A stretch of DNA of 63,835 nucleotides, filler included, from Octopus bimaculoides (Eukaryota), in assembly GCF_001194135.2 (NCBI RefSeq). It is 9 parts of 8 records of this genome, joined end to end, with 100 filler letters (N's around TTAATTAATTAA, not from the genome) between each part and the next. Parts side by side here need not be neighbours in the genome. Positions count along the whole stretch, not along the records: positions 21,387 to 38,223 come from NC_068995.1; positions 38,324 to 42,279 come from NC_068990.1; 7 more parts are not named here. One strand, 5' to 3'. Shown one piece after another: positions 25,940 through 39,709 of this stretch (position 1 is its first letter; each line of letters begins with the position of its first letter). The notes beneath the pieces are model-generated. The model had not been told where the DNA came from. It worked only from the letters and a program-made list of their open reading frames with translations, and did not search any database. The translations under genes were made by a program, and so were the position numbers.

Positions 25940-26140
25940 GGCACATGGCCAACAAATTCAGGGGCGGGGATAAATCGATTACATCAACCCCAACACTCAA
26001 CAGGTACTTATTTTATCAATACCGAAAAGATGAATGGCAAATTAGACCTCGGCGGAATTTGAACTCAGAACGTGAAGACGGACGAAATACCACTAAGCAT
26101 TTTGCCCGGTGTGCTTACGATTTTACCTGCTCGTTGACTT
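25940..26140 (-). mobile_element. SINE family B copy
   Basis: gacctcggcggaatttgaactcagaacgtgaagacggacgaaatacc...catttgcccggtgtgct-like motifs. Confidence 0.85.
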
Positions 26141-27108
26141 TTTGCTATATTTAATATTAACCCCTAAAAACAAATCAAAATGTGAGATCCCATCACTTTC
26201 AAAAAATTCTTCAAGTAATAATAGACGAGTCACTAATACCTGGATATAAGTATATATCTCAGCCAAAAGCAACACCCTACTTGAATGGCCCACAGGACAA
26301 CAAAACTTGACTTCAAAACGGCTTTATAGATTCTATCAGGTGGTACTATTAAGTTAGGCATGGCCGATCAGATCTAAATATGTTTTCCTTTTTTAATAGT
26401 AGAAAACATGTCCGTTAGAGTGAAGCTTGTGATTGGATTATTAACAATTCACTAGTTCTCTACGTTACTAAACTATCTCTTACTTCATTTCCTCTGCAGA
26501 CCGTCTTTGCCCTTCATTCAGTAATTGTGAACAAATCACACGTGGAAGAAGTTAAGCGAACGATTATTGCTGAATTGCCTTTATATATATNNNNNNNNNN
26601 NNNNNNNNNNNNNNNNNNNNNNNNNNNNNNNNNNNNNNNNNNNNNNNNNNNNNNNNNNNNNNNNNNNNNNNNNNNNNNNNNNNNNNNNNNNNNNNNNNNN
26701 NNNNNNNNNNNNNNNNNNNNNNNNNNNNNNNNNNNNNNNNNNNNNNNNNNNNNNNNNNNNNNNNNNNNNNNNNNNNNNNGGGGGAGTGCGGTTGGGGATC
26801 TGGGGAGGGAAACTATCGCGATGAACCATAATGATGTAGGGGAAAATGAAATACATGTTAACTTTGCGTGATGGGCGGTTTAGATAAAGGAAGGAAGGAA
26901 GGAAAGAAGGAAGGTAAAAAGAAAAGAAGGAAGGTGTGTAGTGCACGAAGAAAGGAAAGAAGTTAAAGAAAAGAAGTAGAAAAGAATGACACAAACAAGC
27001 AAACAAAAGAGGAAGGAAGGAAGAAAGGAAGGAAAATAATGAACGAAAGAAAGAAAGGAACAAAGAGGAAAGGAAGAAGTATAGAAGGAAGGTGTATAAC
27101 GAAGGGAA

Positions 27109-27192
<84 letters not shown>

Positions 27193-28080
27193 AGTATGGA
27201 GCCAATCTGAAAAGCAGGTGAAAAGAAAGAGAGCTGTGAAAGAAATGATAAAGATGGAGTGAATGAATAGCGGAGAAGAGGAGAACGAGGTGAAGGAAAT
27301 GAAAGAGGAGGAGGAAGAGAAGGAAAAAGGAGGAAGAACAGGAGAAGGAGGAAGAGGATTAACGAAAGGTCGCATGTGTGCCATTGTTAGTACGTAATAT
27401 AGCAAACACCGAGGATACACTTTCGTGAAAAATCAAACACCTTACTGCGTAATTATTTAAATTAGGGGAGATCTCGTCTGCCCCAAATAGTTACCACAAA
27501 GTAGAGCCCGTTAATGGTTACTCTAGTGCCAGTTTATGGTGTTACACCGTTAGTTGGTCCCTGGCAACCTTACCTGTCCGTTCCAATGGATTGTGCAAAG
27601 CTTCCGTTTACAGAATCTCACTTACAAATCTTGGGGTTGATTCAGGACTATAATAAAAGGTACATGCTGAAAATGCTGCGCAATGGGAATCAAGTGTTTG
27701 CAAATGGAACCTTTCACCATACGTCCTTTACTGTGCTCATATGGTATATTTAGATTATATTTATTAATGGGTTAATAAAAAATTAAGCACATACCCACGC
27801 ATATATGTACAAAGACCTACATAAATGTATAGTTAATATATAAATATAATAACCATGCGTGCGTATGTATAGTATGTGTGTGAGTGTATATGTGTAAATG
27901 TGTGTAGGTTTGTATGTATATGAGAAAATATTCCCTTTGATCTTTTGTTGGTTGAAGAACTTAAACCATTGCACTTCTGCCCAACTTGGCATAACTCCAT
28001 AAACACACAAATTATGCTCACTCATACAGGTATGTACGTATGTACGTATGTATGTATGTATGTATGTATGTATGCATGTG

Positions 28081-28136
<56 letters not shown>

Positions 28137-28695
28137 CAGGCAGGAAATGCATCTAGAGTTTATATTTGTATTTGATCAGATTCGCATTCAAGTTACACGG
28201 ATATTAGACGAAAGACTTTTGGTTGTTCGGATACTCGATTCTTAGTGATGTGATATTTTCTCTGCTTTTACATAAGATAAGTTGTCAGTAGATAATAAGT
28301 AAACGTCGTTTTCGTTGACTGGCTCAGTTCAAGTGTTGGGACTGATAGATGTTGAATGCTATTGACTGCTACTGGTTGAAATTACCGCTCACTGCTGGAT
28401 GCTATTAGATGAGATTGCTACTGACTAGTCATGGAATCTTTGGCTGGAGAATGTTCAAGAAAAGAAATAACTTTAGCATGATCACCAGAAGTGGAATCTC
28501 TGTTCTGTGTAAAGATTCCAGTGTTGATATTTTTTGTTTATGGAAATATCAGTACTGACTGTAGAAGTAAAATTTATATAAGTTATTAATAGCTAATGAC
28601 ACGGAAACCATCGCATTAGTGGAAGTACGAAAACAATTCTGTTACCATTTAATGGAAAGCAGCAAGCTGTCAGTATACATACAAACATTCATACG

Positions 28696-28736
<41 letters not shown>

Positions 28737-29429
28737 ACACTAACACGTGAATATATATGTATATACATATATACATATATCGGTTAAAACTTATGGAAAT
28801 GTATTAATATATTATGGTTTAAGATAGTGAGACAAGAGCGACGCTTAAGGCAGTAGAATGACAGTTAAGTATTCTTGCAAAGGGATGCGGCTAGTTGCTG
28901 CAATATGTGCAGTTTTTCACGGAGATCAGAGACCAAGATATGAGTCCTAGTCAAACTGGGAAGAATCTTGTCTCGAATTCTCGATGGAAAAAAAGATTTC
29001 CCTGAACCTGAAGAAGTTCATCAGAATCATATAACTTCCATTGAAGTTATTAGCGTTTTTTTACTTTGGAATATCAATTTCCTATCCGTAGCTTGGCAAA
29101 ACTTTTCATGCGTACATATATATTATATACATGTTTAATGTGCAAAATGTTAAGGTGAGTTACACTTGTCTAAGCAATATCGCGTTCATTATCGCACGCA
29201 CGCAATATAAAATTTTTAAAAAAGATACAGAGTTGGAGAACATTGACCCAAAGCATGCATTTAAAAGAGCTGAAATCAAATCACCTACTCACTGATATGA
29301 TTTTATCTCTCCCTATCAGTGAGTAATGCGGTTCTGAGTTAGATCATTAATACAAATATAAATACATAATTACATCCTAGTATGTACACACACACACACA
29401 CACACACAAATTCAGACAGATAAAGAGAT

Positions 29430-29470
<41 letters not shown>

Positions 29471-29620
29471 TAGAGACAGACAGACAGACAAACAGACAGA
29501 TAGAGACAGACAGACGAACGGACGGACGGATAGGTGGAACAATGGATGAATGAGTGAGTGGATGGACTGATGGATGAATGGATAAATGAATGGATGGATG
29601 GATAGATGTCTTTATACGTA

Positions 29621-29912
29621 GAGGCGCATGGCTCAGCGGTTAGAGCGTCGGGCTCACAATCATGAAGTAGTGCGTTCGATTCTCGGACCAAGCTGTGTGT
29701 TATGTTCTTCAGCAAGATACTTTATTTCACGTTGCTCCAGTTCACTCAGCCGTAGAAATGAGTTGCGACGTCACAGGTGCCAAGCTGTATCAGCCTTTGC
29801 TTTTACCTTGGATAACACTGGTGGCGTGGAGAGAGGAAGCTGGTATGCATGGACGACTGCTAGTCTTCCATAAGCAACCTTGCCCAGACTTGTGCCTCGG
29901 AAGATAACTTTC
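29621..29912 (+). mobile_element. tRNA-derived SINE (distinct family)
   Basis: A box tggctcagcggttagag, B box gttcgattc; no acceptor stem closure; continues into non-tRNA body ttcacgttgctccagttcactcagccgtagaaatgag. Confidence 0.8.
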
Positions 29913-30362
29913 TAGCACAACAGACTTGATATAATGATTTGGGACAGAGAAGAGAAACTGTGTACAGTTATGGAAATTAGCTTCCTTACGGATGTTAACA
30001 TAAGGCTAAAGATCAGTGAAAAAGCGAAAACTTACGCTGAACTATTGAGAAATCTGAAGTTACTCTACCCAGATTACAAGTTCAAGTTTATACTTGTAAA
30101 TATTGGGGCCCTGGGATATGTAACACACTACCCAAATACCAATCTTGAGAAATTAGACTTCTCAAAAACAGAAAGGAGAAAGCTAATTTCAAGACTAGAG
30201 ATCCAATCCATCACTGGAACTGGAAAAATGTGTAAAACTTCCCATAAGTTTATTATTTAAATATATATGAGCATGTTTAGATATGCAACTCTATGATTCA
30301 GAATACATACATAAAGCAAAACATACAAATCTGCACATATACATACATACATACATACAAAC
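29913..30362 (+). mobile_element. 5'-truncated R4/Dong-like non-LTR retrotransposon, C-terminal restriction-like endonuclease region with (TACA)n tail
   Basis: HNRLDIMIWDREEKLCTVMEISF...KISEKAKTYAELL...IGALG...SITGT resembles the RLE HNRPDI...E...K.Y...GALG pattern; ORF 29934-30260 then catacatacataca. Confidence 0.85.
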
Positions 30363-30849
30363 AAACAAAGACACCCTGTTGTTGATGTCGAAATTCCAAT
30401 GAAGTTAAGCCTTGGATCCAGGTTAGAATTCGGCTCTTTCGCATATTACTCTACCTTTGGTATTCGAGTACTATTTTTGCTACCTTGTTTTGCATTTATG
30501 TACTTGTTTGTGTGTACACAGACACACACACACACACACACATTATGCCTACATGCCTACATATATATATATCTACATATCACGAACACATATACACACA
30601 TATACATATACATATACACATATACGTGCACACATGTGCGCGTGCATGCATACACATGATAGGCTTCTTTCCGTCTACAAATATGGGACTAACGAAATAC
30701 TGAACCCCGTGGTCACGAAGTGAACTCCTTATCTATAGTCACACGTCCGGCTATTTGTATTTATGTTTATATATAAATGTTTGTGTGCGTGTGCCTGTAT
30801 GTATGCATATGTGTGTGTATATATATATGTATATATATATATTCTTTCA

Positions 30850-31078
30850 TTCTTTCATTTTATTCTATCGTTTCAGTTATTTCACTGCGGCCATGCTGGA
30901 GCACCGCTTTTAGTCGAGCACATCGACCCCAAGACTTATTCTTTATAAGCCTAGTGCTTATTCTATCGGTCTCTTTTGCCGAACCGCTAAATTGAGAGAA
31001 CGTAAACACACCGGCATCGGTTGTCAAGCGATGTTGGGGTGACAAACACAGACACACAAACATATATATATATATATA
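30850..31078 (-). mobile_element. SINE family A, 3' half
   Basis: ctgcggccatgctggagcaccgc...gacccc...ttctatcggtctcttttgccgaaccgctaa. Confidence 0.85.
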
Positions 31079-32984
31079 NNNNNNNNNNNNNNNNNNNNNN
31101 NNNNNNNNNNNNNNNNNNNNNNNNNNNNNNNNNNNNNNNNNNNNNNNNNNNNNNNNNNNNNNNNNNNNNNNNNNNNNNNNNNNNNNNNNNNNNNNNNNNN
31201 NNNNNNNNNNNNNNNNNNNNNNNNNNNNNNNNNNNNNNNNNNNNNNNNNNNNNNNNNNNNNNNNNNNNNNNNNNNNNNNNNNNNNNNNNNNNNNNNNNNN
31301 NNNNNNNNNNNNNNNNNNNNNNNNNNNNNNNNNNNNNNNNNNNNNNNNNNNNNNNNNNNNNNNNNNNNNNNNNNNNNNNNNNNNNNNNNNNNNNNNNNNN
31401 NNNNNNNNNNNNNNNNNNNNNNNNNNNNNNNNNNNNNNNNNNNNNNNNNNNNNNNNNNNNNNNNNNNNNNNNNNNNNNNNNNNNNNNNNNNNNNNNNNNN
31501 NNNNNNNNNNNNNNNNNNNNNNNNNNNNNNNNNNNNNNNNNNNNNNNNNNNNNNNNNNNNNNNNNNNNNNNNNNNNNNNNNNNNNNNNNNNNNNNNNNNN
31601 NNNNNNNNNNNNNNNNNNNNNNNNNNNNNNNNNNNNNNNNNNNNNNNNNNNNNNNNNNNNNNNNNNNNNNNNNNNNNNNNNNNNNNNNNNNNNNNNNNNN
31701 NNNNNNNNNNNNNNNNNNNNNNNNNNNNNNNNNNNNNNNNNNNNNNNNNNNNNNNNNNNNNNNNNNNNNNNNNNNNNNNNNNNNNNNNNNNNNNNNNNNN
31801 NNNNNNNNNNNNNNNNNNNNNNNNNNNNNNNNNNNNNNNNNNNNNNNNNNNNNNNNNNNNNNNNNNNNNNNNNNNNNNNNNNNNNNNNNNNNNNNNNNNN
31901 NNNNNNNNNNNNNNNNNNNNNNNNNNNNNNNNNNNNNNNNNNNNNNNNNNNNNNNNNNNNNNNNNNNNNNNNNNNNNNNNNNNNNNNNNNNNNNNNNNNN
32001 NNNNNNNNNNNNNNNNNNNNNNNNNNNNNNNNNNNNNNNNNNNNNNNNNNNNNNNNNNNNNNNNNNNNNNNGTTTATCTGTCTATCTATTTATCTTTCTA
32101 TCTCTTTCTCGCTCGCTCTTTCCATATATGCATACGTACATACACACACACATGTACATGCATACATATTCACATACACACACACACAGACCCATACATA
32201 CATGCATATAGATATACATACACCTATACATACATACATACATACATACATACATGCATACATACATACATACATACATACACACACATACATACATACA
32301 TACATACACACATACACACACACAGACCCATACATACATGCATATAGATATGCATACATACACATATACATACATACATGCATACATGCATACATACATA
32401 CATACATACATACATACATACATACATACATACATACATACATACATACATACGTGTACGCGTACACACAGCTGAACCCATCACACTCCCTGCAAATTCT
32501 GGATTCTTAGAATATCCGTTAATCTTTAATGTCAACCCTTATTTTCTTTACAATGTCAGGACTTCAACATACAAAGACATTTTTGATTTCGCTATTGTTG
32601 CTGTAGTTGTTGTTGTTTTACCTCAGAAGAAGAATTAAAACGTTCCTGAACATCTGTTATGAATATAATATTGCCAAAGCCATATCTAGCCTATATAAAG
32701 CTATAAAGTTAGCTTTATACTAGATAGGCTCGTTGTGGTCAACGTGAGTATAAATCGAATTGAAACCAGAACTGACGATGTGAGCGTTTCATAAATTCTA
32801 AACTACGTCGTACCGAGTCTAACATTTGGGCTGGTTCCGCCAAAGAAATGCAACTTTCTTTTGGCTATTGCTGTCATGCAAAATTCTTCGATTTTAATCA
32901 AAGAAAAGTCATCGACTTGATAGTTAATAATACTCAACAATAAGCCAGGATCAGCTGTAGTACACGGGCCACATGTGACGGCTG

Positions 32985-33570
32985 TGGATCGATAGCTTTG
33001 TGTGATAAGAAGCTTGCTTCCCAACAACATGGTTCCGAGTTCAGTCCTACTGCATAGCACCCTGGGCAAATAACTTCTACTATAGCCTCTTGTCGACTAA
33101 AGCCTTGTGAGTGTATTTGTATGTATGTATGTATGTATGTATGTAACGATATATATATATATATATACTCTTTTACTCTTTTACCTGTTTCAGTCATTTG
33201 ACTGCGGCCATGCTGGAGCACCGCCTTTAATCGAGCAAATCGACCCCAGGACTTATTCTTTGGATGCCTAGTACTTATTCTATCGGTCTCTTTTGCCGAA
33301 CCGCCAAGTTACGGGGACGTAAACACACCAGCATCGGTTGTCAAGCGATGTTGGGGGACAAACACAGACACACAAACACATACACGCATACATATATATA
33401 TATATACATATATACGACGGGCTTCTTTCAGTTTCCATCTACCAAATCCACTCACAAGGCTTTGGTCGGCCCGAGGCTATAGTAGAAGACACTTGCCCAA
33501 GCTGTCACGCAGTGGGACTGAACCCGGAACCATGTGGTTGGTAAGCAAGCTACTTACCACACAGCCACTC
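32985..33570. mobile_element. Inverted pair of SINE family A copies (32985-33130 +, 33165-33570 -)
   Basis: ggttccgagttcagtcctactg...aagccttgtgagtg is complementary to cactcacaaggctt...cagtgggactgaacccggaacc. Confidence 0.85.
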
Positions 33571-33790
33571 ACGAAGTAGTGCAAGAAAGTTCCTGGCTTT
33601 AGGTAAAAGAAAATACAAGAGGATCAGTTAATTATGATTTTGTTCAACATATTCCCCTCTCAGATTCACACACTTATTACAGTGGTCCTTCAGTTTCCCC
33701 AAGCCCTGTAAAAGAACTCGGAAGTTTGGACCTCCAACCAGGCCTTTTGCGAGATCCTTAAAGCCAGGAAGTTTTCAGTACCCGTCGCAT
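33571..33790. mobile_element. Tc1/mariner-type MITE, approx. 215 bp
   Basis: Termini aaagttcctggcttta ... taaagccaggaagtttt are inverted; second copy at 36299-36513. Confidence 0.75.
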
Positions 33791-33794
33791 GTAT

Positions 33795-34005
33795 CTATGC
33801 GTGTGTCTTTGTATCTGTGGTTTTTCTCCACCACCACCGCTTGACAACCGGTGTCGGTGCGTTTATGTTTCCGCAACGTAGCGGTTCGGCAAAAGTGACC
33901 AGGCTTAGCAAAAAAATAAGTACTGGGGTCGATTTCTTCGTCTAAAATGTCAAAGCAGTGCCCCAGCATGGCCGCAGTCTAATGACTGAAACAAGTAAAG
34001 GATGA
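33795..34005 (+). mobile_element. SINE family A, 3' half
   Basis: cgcttgacaaccgg...gcggttcggcaaaa...ccccagcatggccgcagtctaatgactgaaac. Confidence 0.8.
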
Positions 34006-34694
34006 CTATATCATAAGGTCTGCTAATGGAAAAATAAAACAGGAAGAAGAAATGCATGCAATGGCTGCTCTACAACATATGTAATGGCCGCCCAACGCAC
34101 CACTGGGAGGTATTCTTCATGAGTGCTCAGCCTACAACAAAATAACAATAAAATAACCCTCAAATCCTATTCCAACGTCTTAAGAAAGGATATATTGGAT
34201 AATGTAGTACAAAATACACAATGTCTAGAATAATATGAGATGGGCAAGGCTGGATTATATCTGATCGCAGGTTTGCTTGATCAGGACAAGAACAAACCGT
34301 GAACAGATATGTTATGTTCCTCCCTGACAGGACCGAAGTAAATGACTTACCAATTCTTAATACTGAACAATGTACCCCACTTATAGAAACTAAATATTGA
34401 GATATGCAGCTACCTTTCTGCGGGTATTTGGGCTCCATTCCACCAGCGGGCCTTTCATTTGATTCTAATTAAAACGTTTTGCTCAGCATTGATTCAGTTT
34501 TATTCTTTATTGCAAGGATTCAAGAACATCACCTTCTTTTAGAATGCTTAAATGTAATGCTGGGTCCTGGCTGGACACTGTGACAGAACCCCATATTACT
34601 GCTCTCTGTCCTACAATTACTCCCAGCACGTTAGTTGGTCTTTTAGTTATAAATTACTTGCTGTAATCATACAAATTATGCCGGTCAAAATTAG

Positions 34695-34985
34695 CTTCTT
34701 CTTCTTCTTCTTCTTCTTCTTCTTCTCCTCCTTCTTCTTCTTCTTCTTCTTCTTCTTCTTCTTCTTCTTCTTCTTCTTCTTCTTCTTCTTCTTCTTCTTC
34801 TTCTTCTTCTTCTTCTTCTTCTCTACCACCTTCTCCTTCTCTACCACCTTCTCCTTCTTCTCGTTCTGCTTCTTCTTTTTCCTTTTCTTCTTTTTCTTCT
34901 TTTTCTCCACCTCCTCCTCTTCCTTCTTCTTCATATCCACATCTTTCTTCTCCTTCTTTTCCCTTTTCTCTTCATCTTCTTCATA
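34695..34985. repeat. (CTT)n microsatellite
   Basis: Directly visible; source of poly-F/poly-K ORFs. Confidence 0.97.
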
Positions 34986-35569
34986 TTTTTCGTCAGAGTT
35001 ATTGTTCTTTAAGAAATATTACTGCAAGACGAATATCTCGGAAAATTAGGCTGTCGACGTCTTATCTGCTTTCGGTATGATACGCAGTTCACTCTTTTAA
35101 ACTAATACTATTTGTGTCGCACACAACAAAGATTTATTCAGCTTGCTGGCTAAATGTGACATCGATGATTTTTCAACCGACGTTTTACTATATAAATAAC
35201 AACTAATGTTGTTTTAGTATTGGCTTACAAGAAGATAATTACTACTAATGATGCACAAAGAGGCAGAAATGTGTATTTAGCAATGCCAGCACTGTTATTG
35301 GACGATTCTCGTCTGCAACTGATATATTTCTGAGGTATTTCTTTAAGCTATAAGTCTATAAGGGCGTCCTATGGGACGACCTAGATGAGATATGAGCCTA
35401 TATAAGATATCATCTCGTAAAGTATACCGAAGTAAATTAAGCTTTCACGATGTATCTACCTTAGATATGATACACAAATGGCAATTTTAAGTTAATACTG
35501 CTTCTATCACAACACATACACACACACATATATATACACACATACATACACACACAAACACACACACAC

Positions 35570-35608
<39 letters not shown>

Positions 35609-35633
35609 CGTACATATATATATATGCACACAT

Positions 35634-35738
<105 letters not shown>

Positions 35739-35740
35739 CA

Positions 35741-35774
<34 letters not shown>

Positions 35775-36298
35775 CATACATACATATATACATACATACA
35801 TATGTATGTATATTATGTAATAACATTTTGATTTGATTTCATGAAGGTTTTGTGGGCTCATAAAGCGAACCCAGCTCTTTCAAGCTTAAGTACATTAGAG
35901 CTACGTTCACTTTACAAGCCCTCGAAATTTTGTACGGATTAAATCAAATGTCATTAAATGATGTAACCCCCATCAAATGTGTTTGCTAAAACAGTCTTAA
36001 GTGCCTAGGTAATCGTGCGCATATAGGTACCCTATCGTCTCTTTCATAAATAACCCAGCGTAGCATCGAGTATGTGACTGCTATAAGGTGTGATGTGCAC
36101 CAACAGGTGACTGGTACGATTTTTCAGTGGAGTGGAGTGGAGTACCATAAGATGATGTGCATCGCTTAAAGACAAACGGCCCCGGTCGGTCCGGGAATTG
36201 ATCGCACGTATTTACGCTCACGAGCCCAAAACGTAACCACATGCATATGAATCCCACACGCATACACACACATATAATACGAACGTACATTTATAGGA

Positions 36299-36513
36299 GT
36301 TGAGGGTTACTGAAAAGTTCCTGGCTTTGAGTGCAAGAAAATACAGGAGAATAAATTAAGATTTCATGCAACATATTCCCCTCTCAGATCCACTCACTTA
36401 TCGCAGCGGGCCTTCAGATTTCCTAAGCCCTGTAAACGAAATCAGAAGGTTGGGCCTCCAGCCAGGCTTTCGCGATACCCTTGAAACCAGGAGGTATTCA
36501 GCAACACTTCGTA
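36299..36513. mobile_element. Tc1/mariner-type MITE, second copy
   Basis: gagggttactgaaaagttcctgg ... ccaggaggtattcagcaacacttcgta; internal sequence matches 33571-33790. Confidence 0.75.
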
Positions 36514-36569
36514 TGTATGTATGTATGTATGTATGTATGTATGTATGTGTGTATGTATATACTTATATA

Positions 36570-36960
36570 TATTATCTTTTATTTGTTTCAGACACTAGAC
36601 TGCGGCCATTCTGGTCTTGAAGGGTTTAGTCAAACAAACTCACACTAGTACCTATCTATTTTATCAATTTCTTTTTGGGCTGAAACGCTCGGTTACGGAA
36701 CGCAGTTAAACCAACACCAGTTGTCAAGCGATTGTGTGTGTGTGTGGGGGGGGGCGCAGACATAAACGTAAAGAAACACAAACACACACATGTATGCGAA
36801 GGATTCTTTTAGTTTCCGTCTATCAAATTCACTCACAAGGCTACAAGGCTATGGTCAACCCGAGGAGTAGAAGTGACTCACCTATGGTGCCACGCAGTGA
36901 GACTGAACCCAGAAACATGTGTTTGAGAAGAGAAATTCTTACTACAGCCCCATGTGTGGG
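36570..36960 (-). mobile_element. Diverged SINE family A copy
   Basis: ctgcggccat...ttgtcaagcgat...ttccgtctatcaaattcactcacaagg...gtgccacgcagtgagactgaacc. Confidence 0.75.
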
Positions 36961-37003
36961 TTGGTGTGCTTACGCACACACATATATATACATATATATA
37001 ATG

Positions 37004-37206
37004 TATTCTGTTGTGTCTGGGGGGAGTCATTTTCCTTTTGTGCCTTATAATTTAACACACTCACCGGTAAAATTTCCACTTATTTCTTATTTTTATTTTC
37101 CTAAAATTTTCGTTGCGCCTTGCAACATTTTCAATAGTTTTACCGGCGAGAGTGTTAAATTATGAGGCACAAAAAGAAAATTACTCTCCCCACACACAAC
37201 AGAATA
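37004..37206. mobile_element. MITE with approx. 70-bp terminal inverted repeats
   Basis: tattctgttgtgtctggggggagtcattttccttttgtgccttataatttaacacactcaccggtaaaa (37004-37072) vs its imperfect reverse complement at 37138-37206. Confidence 0.8.
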
Positions 37207-38594
37207 TGCTTCAACACACGAACTCACATAAAGAATCTTGCAAACCAAATCCCCAAACGAAATATATAATTACTACAGAAACCCTAATGTTATATAATAT
37301 TACAGGTATATCTATCAATCTATCTATCTATCTATNNNNNNNNNNNNNNNNNNNNNNNNNNNNNNNNNNNNNNNNNNNNNNNNNNNNNNNNNNNNNNNNN
37401 NNNNNNNNNNNNNNNNNNNNNNNNNNNNNNNNNNNNNNNNNNNNNNNNNNNNNNNNNNNNNNNNNNNNNNNNNNNNNNNNNNNNNNNNNNNNNNNNNNNN
37501 NNNNNNNNNNNNNNNTATATATATATATATGTATGTATGTATGTATGTCTATGTATTATCACATATATAGCATTACATTACGGTATCATGATGTTATTTG
37601 CCTGGCCATATTTCCTTGTTACCGGTATCCATCAAAGGGCATGAGCAGTTCCATTGATCTTTCTCTGCATCATCACCTCCAAACGTCCAACCAACCCCTC
37701 ATCAATAAATCTTCTTTTTCCTTTACACCCCAAACATTTTTTTCATTCACGTATTTAGATTACAATCTTGTGCAAGCGTATATGCGTGTGTACGTATGTG
37801 TGCCTTTGTGAGTCTGTGTACGCCTTCGTATATATATATATATATATATGTTTGTGTCTATGACTATTGTTGTAAAGAACTAAGGAATCCATTATCCCAT
37901 TCCTTCACTACAACGTTATAGTTCATCTGCACTTTAAGACAAGTGCAAACGGGTGCACACGTAAATCATGCAGCCTACAGACTGTAGGGTTTAACATTAC
38001 ACACAGCTGTTTATATTGAGCTATTATATTACCCTGTGATGGAACACATGTGTGTGTGCGTGTGCGTGTGTGTGGTAGCGCGCATATGTACATTATATAT
38101 TTATGTGTGTATGCATTTATCAATCTATCTCTGTCTGTCTGTTTGTCTGTCTGTCTGCCTATCTGTCTATCTATCTAACTGTCTCTATCTCATTCTTTTT
38201 CTCTCTCTCTATTTATTTATATANNNNNNNNNNNNNNNNNNNNNNNNNNNNNNNNNNNNNNNNNNNNTTAATTAATTAANNNNNNNNNNNNNNNNNNNNN
38301 NNNNNNNNNNNNNNNNNNNNNNNATATTTATATATGTATGTATGCGTGTCTGTGTGCCTTGTGTGTGTGTTTGTATAGGTGCGTGTGCGTGTGTATGTGT
38401 GCGTGTCTCTGTGAGTGACACGCATTGTGTAAGCTTCTCTCATTTCATGTGGTTTTCGTGAGCCAAGATGGAAGTGCAGTTGTCCGTTTAAGCCTTCCCT
38501 ACTTCTTGCTCTTATTTCGCTTAGCGATGTGTACGCGTTAAACTGTTCATAGATTCTGGTGTGTGCGTGTGCCAGTGTCTGAGAGTTTGTATAT

Positions 38595-39415
38595 ATATTC
38601 TTTTATTCTTTCTCCTGTTTCAGTCAATTGAGTGCGGCCATGCTGGAGCACCACCTTTAGTCAAACAAATCAACCCCAGGACTTATTCTTTGTAAGCCCA
38701 GTACTTATTCTATTGGTTCTTTTGCCGAAACCGCTAAGTGTTATATNNNNNNNNNNNNNNNNNNNNNNNNNNNNNNNNNNNNNNNNNNNNNNNNNNNNNN
38801 NNNNNNNNNNNNNNNNNNNNNNNNNNNNNNNNNNNNNNNNNNNNNNNNNNNNNNNNNNNNNNNNNNNNNNNNNNNNNNNNNNNNNNNNNNNNNNNNNNNN
38901 NNNNNNNNNNNNNNNNNNNNNNNNNNNNNNNNNNNNNNNNNNNNNNNNNNNNNNNNNNNNNNNNNNNNNNNNNNNNNNNNNNNNNNNNNNNNNNNNNNNN
39001 NNNNNNNNNNNNNNNNNNNNNNNNNNNNNNNNNNNNNNNNNNNNNNNNNNNNNNNNNNNNNNNNNNNNNNNNNNNNNNNNNNNNNNNCACTGCGTGGCAC
39101 CTTTGGCAAATGTCTTCTATTATAGCCCCAGGTCGATCAAAGCTTTGTGAGTGGATTTGGTAGACGGAAACTGAAAAAAGCTCGTCGTATATATATATAT
39201 ATGTGTGTTTGTGTGTCTGTGTTTGTCCCCCACCCATCATAGCTTGACAACTGATGCTGGTGTGTTTACGTCCCCGTAACTAGCGGTTCGGCAAAAGAGT
39301 CCGATAGAATAAGTATTAGGCTTACAAAAAATAAGTCCTGGGGTCGATTTCTTCGACTAAAGGTGGTGCTCCAACATGGCCGCAGTCAAAGGATTGAAAC
39401 AAGTGAAAGAATATA
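38595..39415. mobile_element. Two SINE family A copies in opposite orientation around a gap (38595-38745 -, 39087-39415 +)
   Basis: Family A motifs on both strands. Confidence 0.8.
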
Positions 39416-39667
39416 TATGTATGTATGTACGTACGTCTGTATGTATGTATGCATATAGCTACATATCCAAAGCCTGCAGAAAGAAGCACATATACACATG
39501 CGCAAACACAAACATACCCACACACATATGTCTGTATGTATAGTCGTGCCTGGGTGTGTTTATTTGTAGTTGATTGATTACGAGAGATAGATAGATAGAT
39601 AGAAAGAGGGAGAGAGAGAGAGAAAGAGAGAGATAGAGAGAGAGCAGACGCAAGAGAGCGAGATGTC

Positions 39668-39709
<42 letters not shown>

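Noticed and set aside
27514-27753. ORF with LKMLRNGNQVFANGTFH resembling a MULE transposase DGTF motif
   Set aside because: Single short motif with the catalytic D absent; insufficient
28250-28570. Strong minus-strand acceptor followed by Ser/Thr-rich sequence
   Set aside because: Stops in all frames shortly after the acceptor
29621-29695. tRNA-Val(CAC)-like sequence
   Set aside because: No acceptor stem pairing and it continues into a SINE body; SINE head, not a tRNA gene
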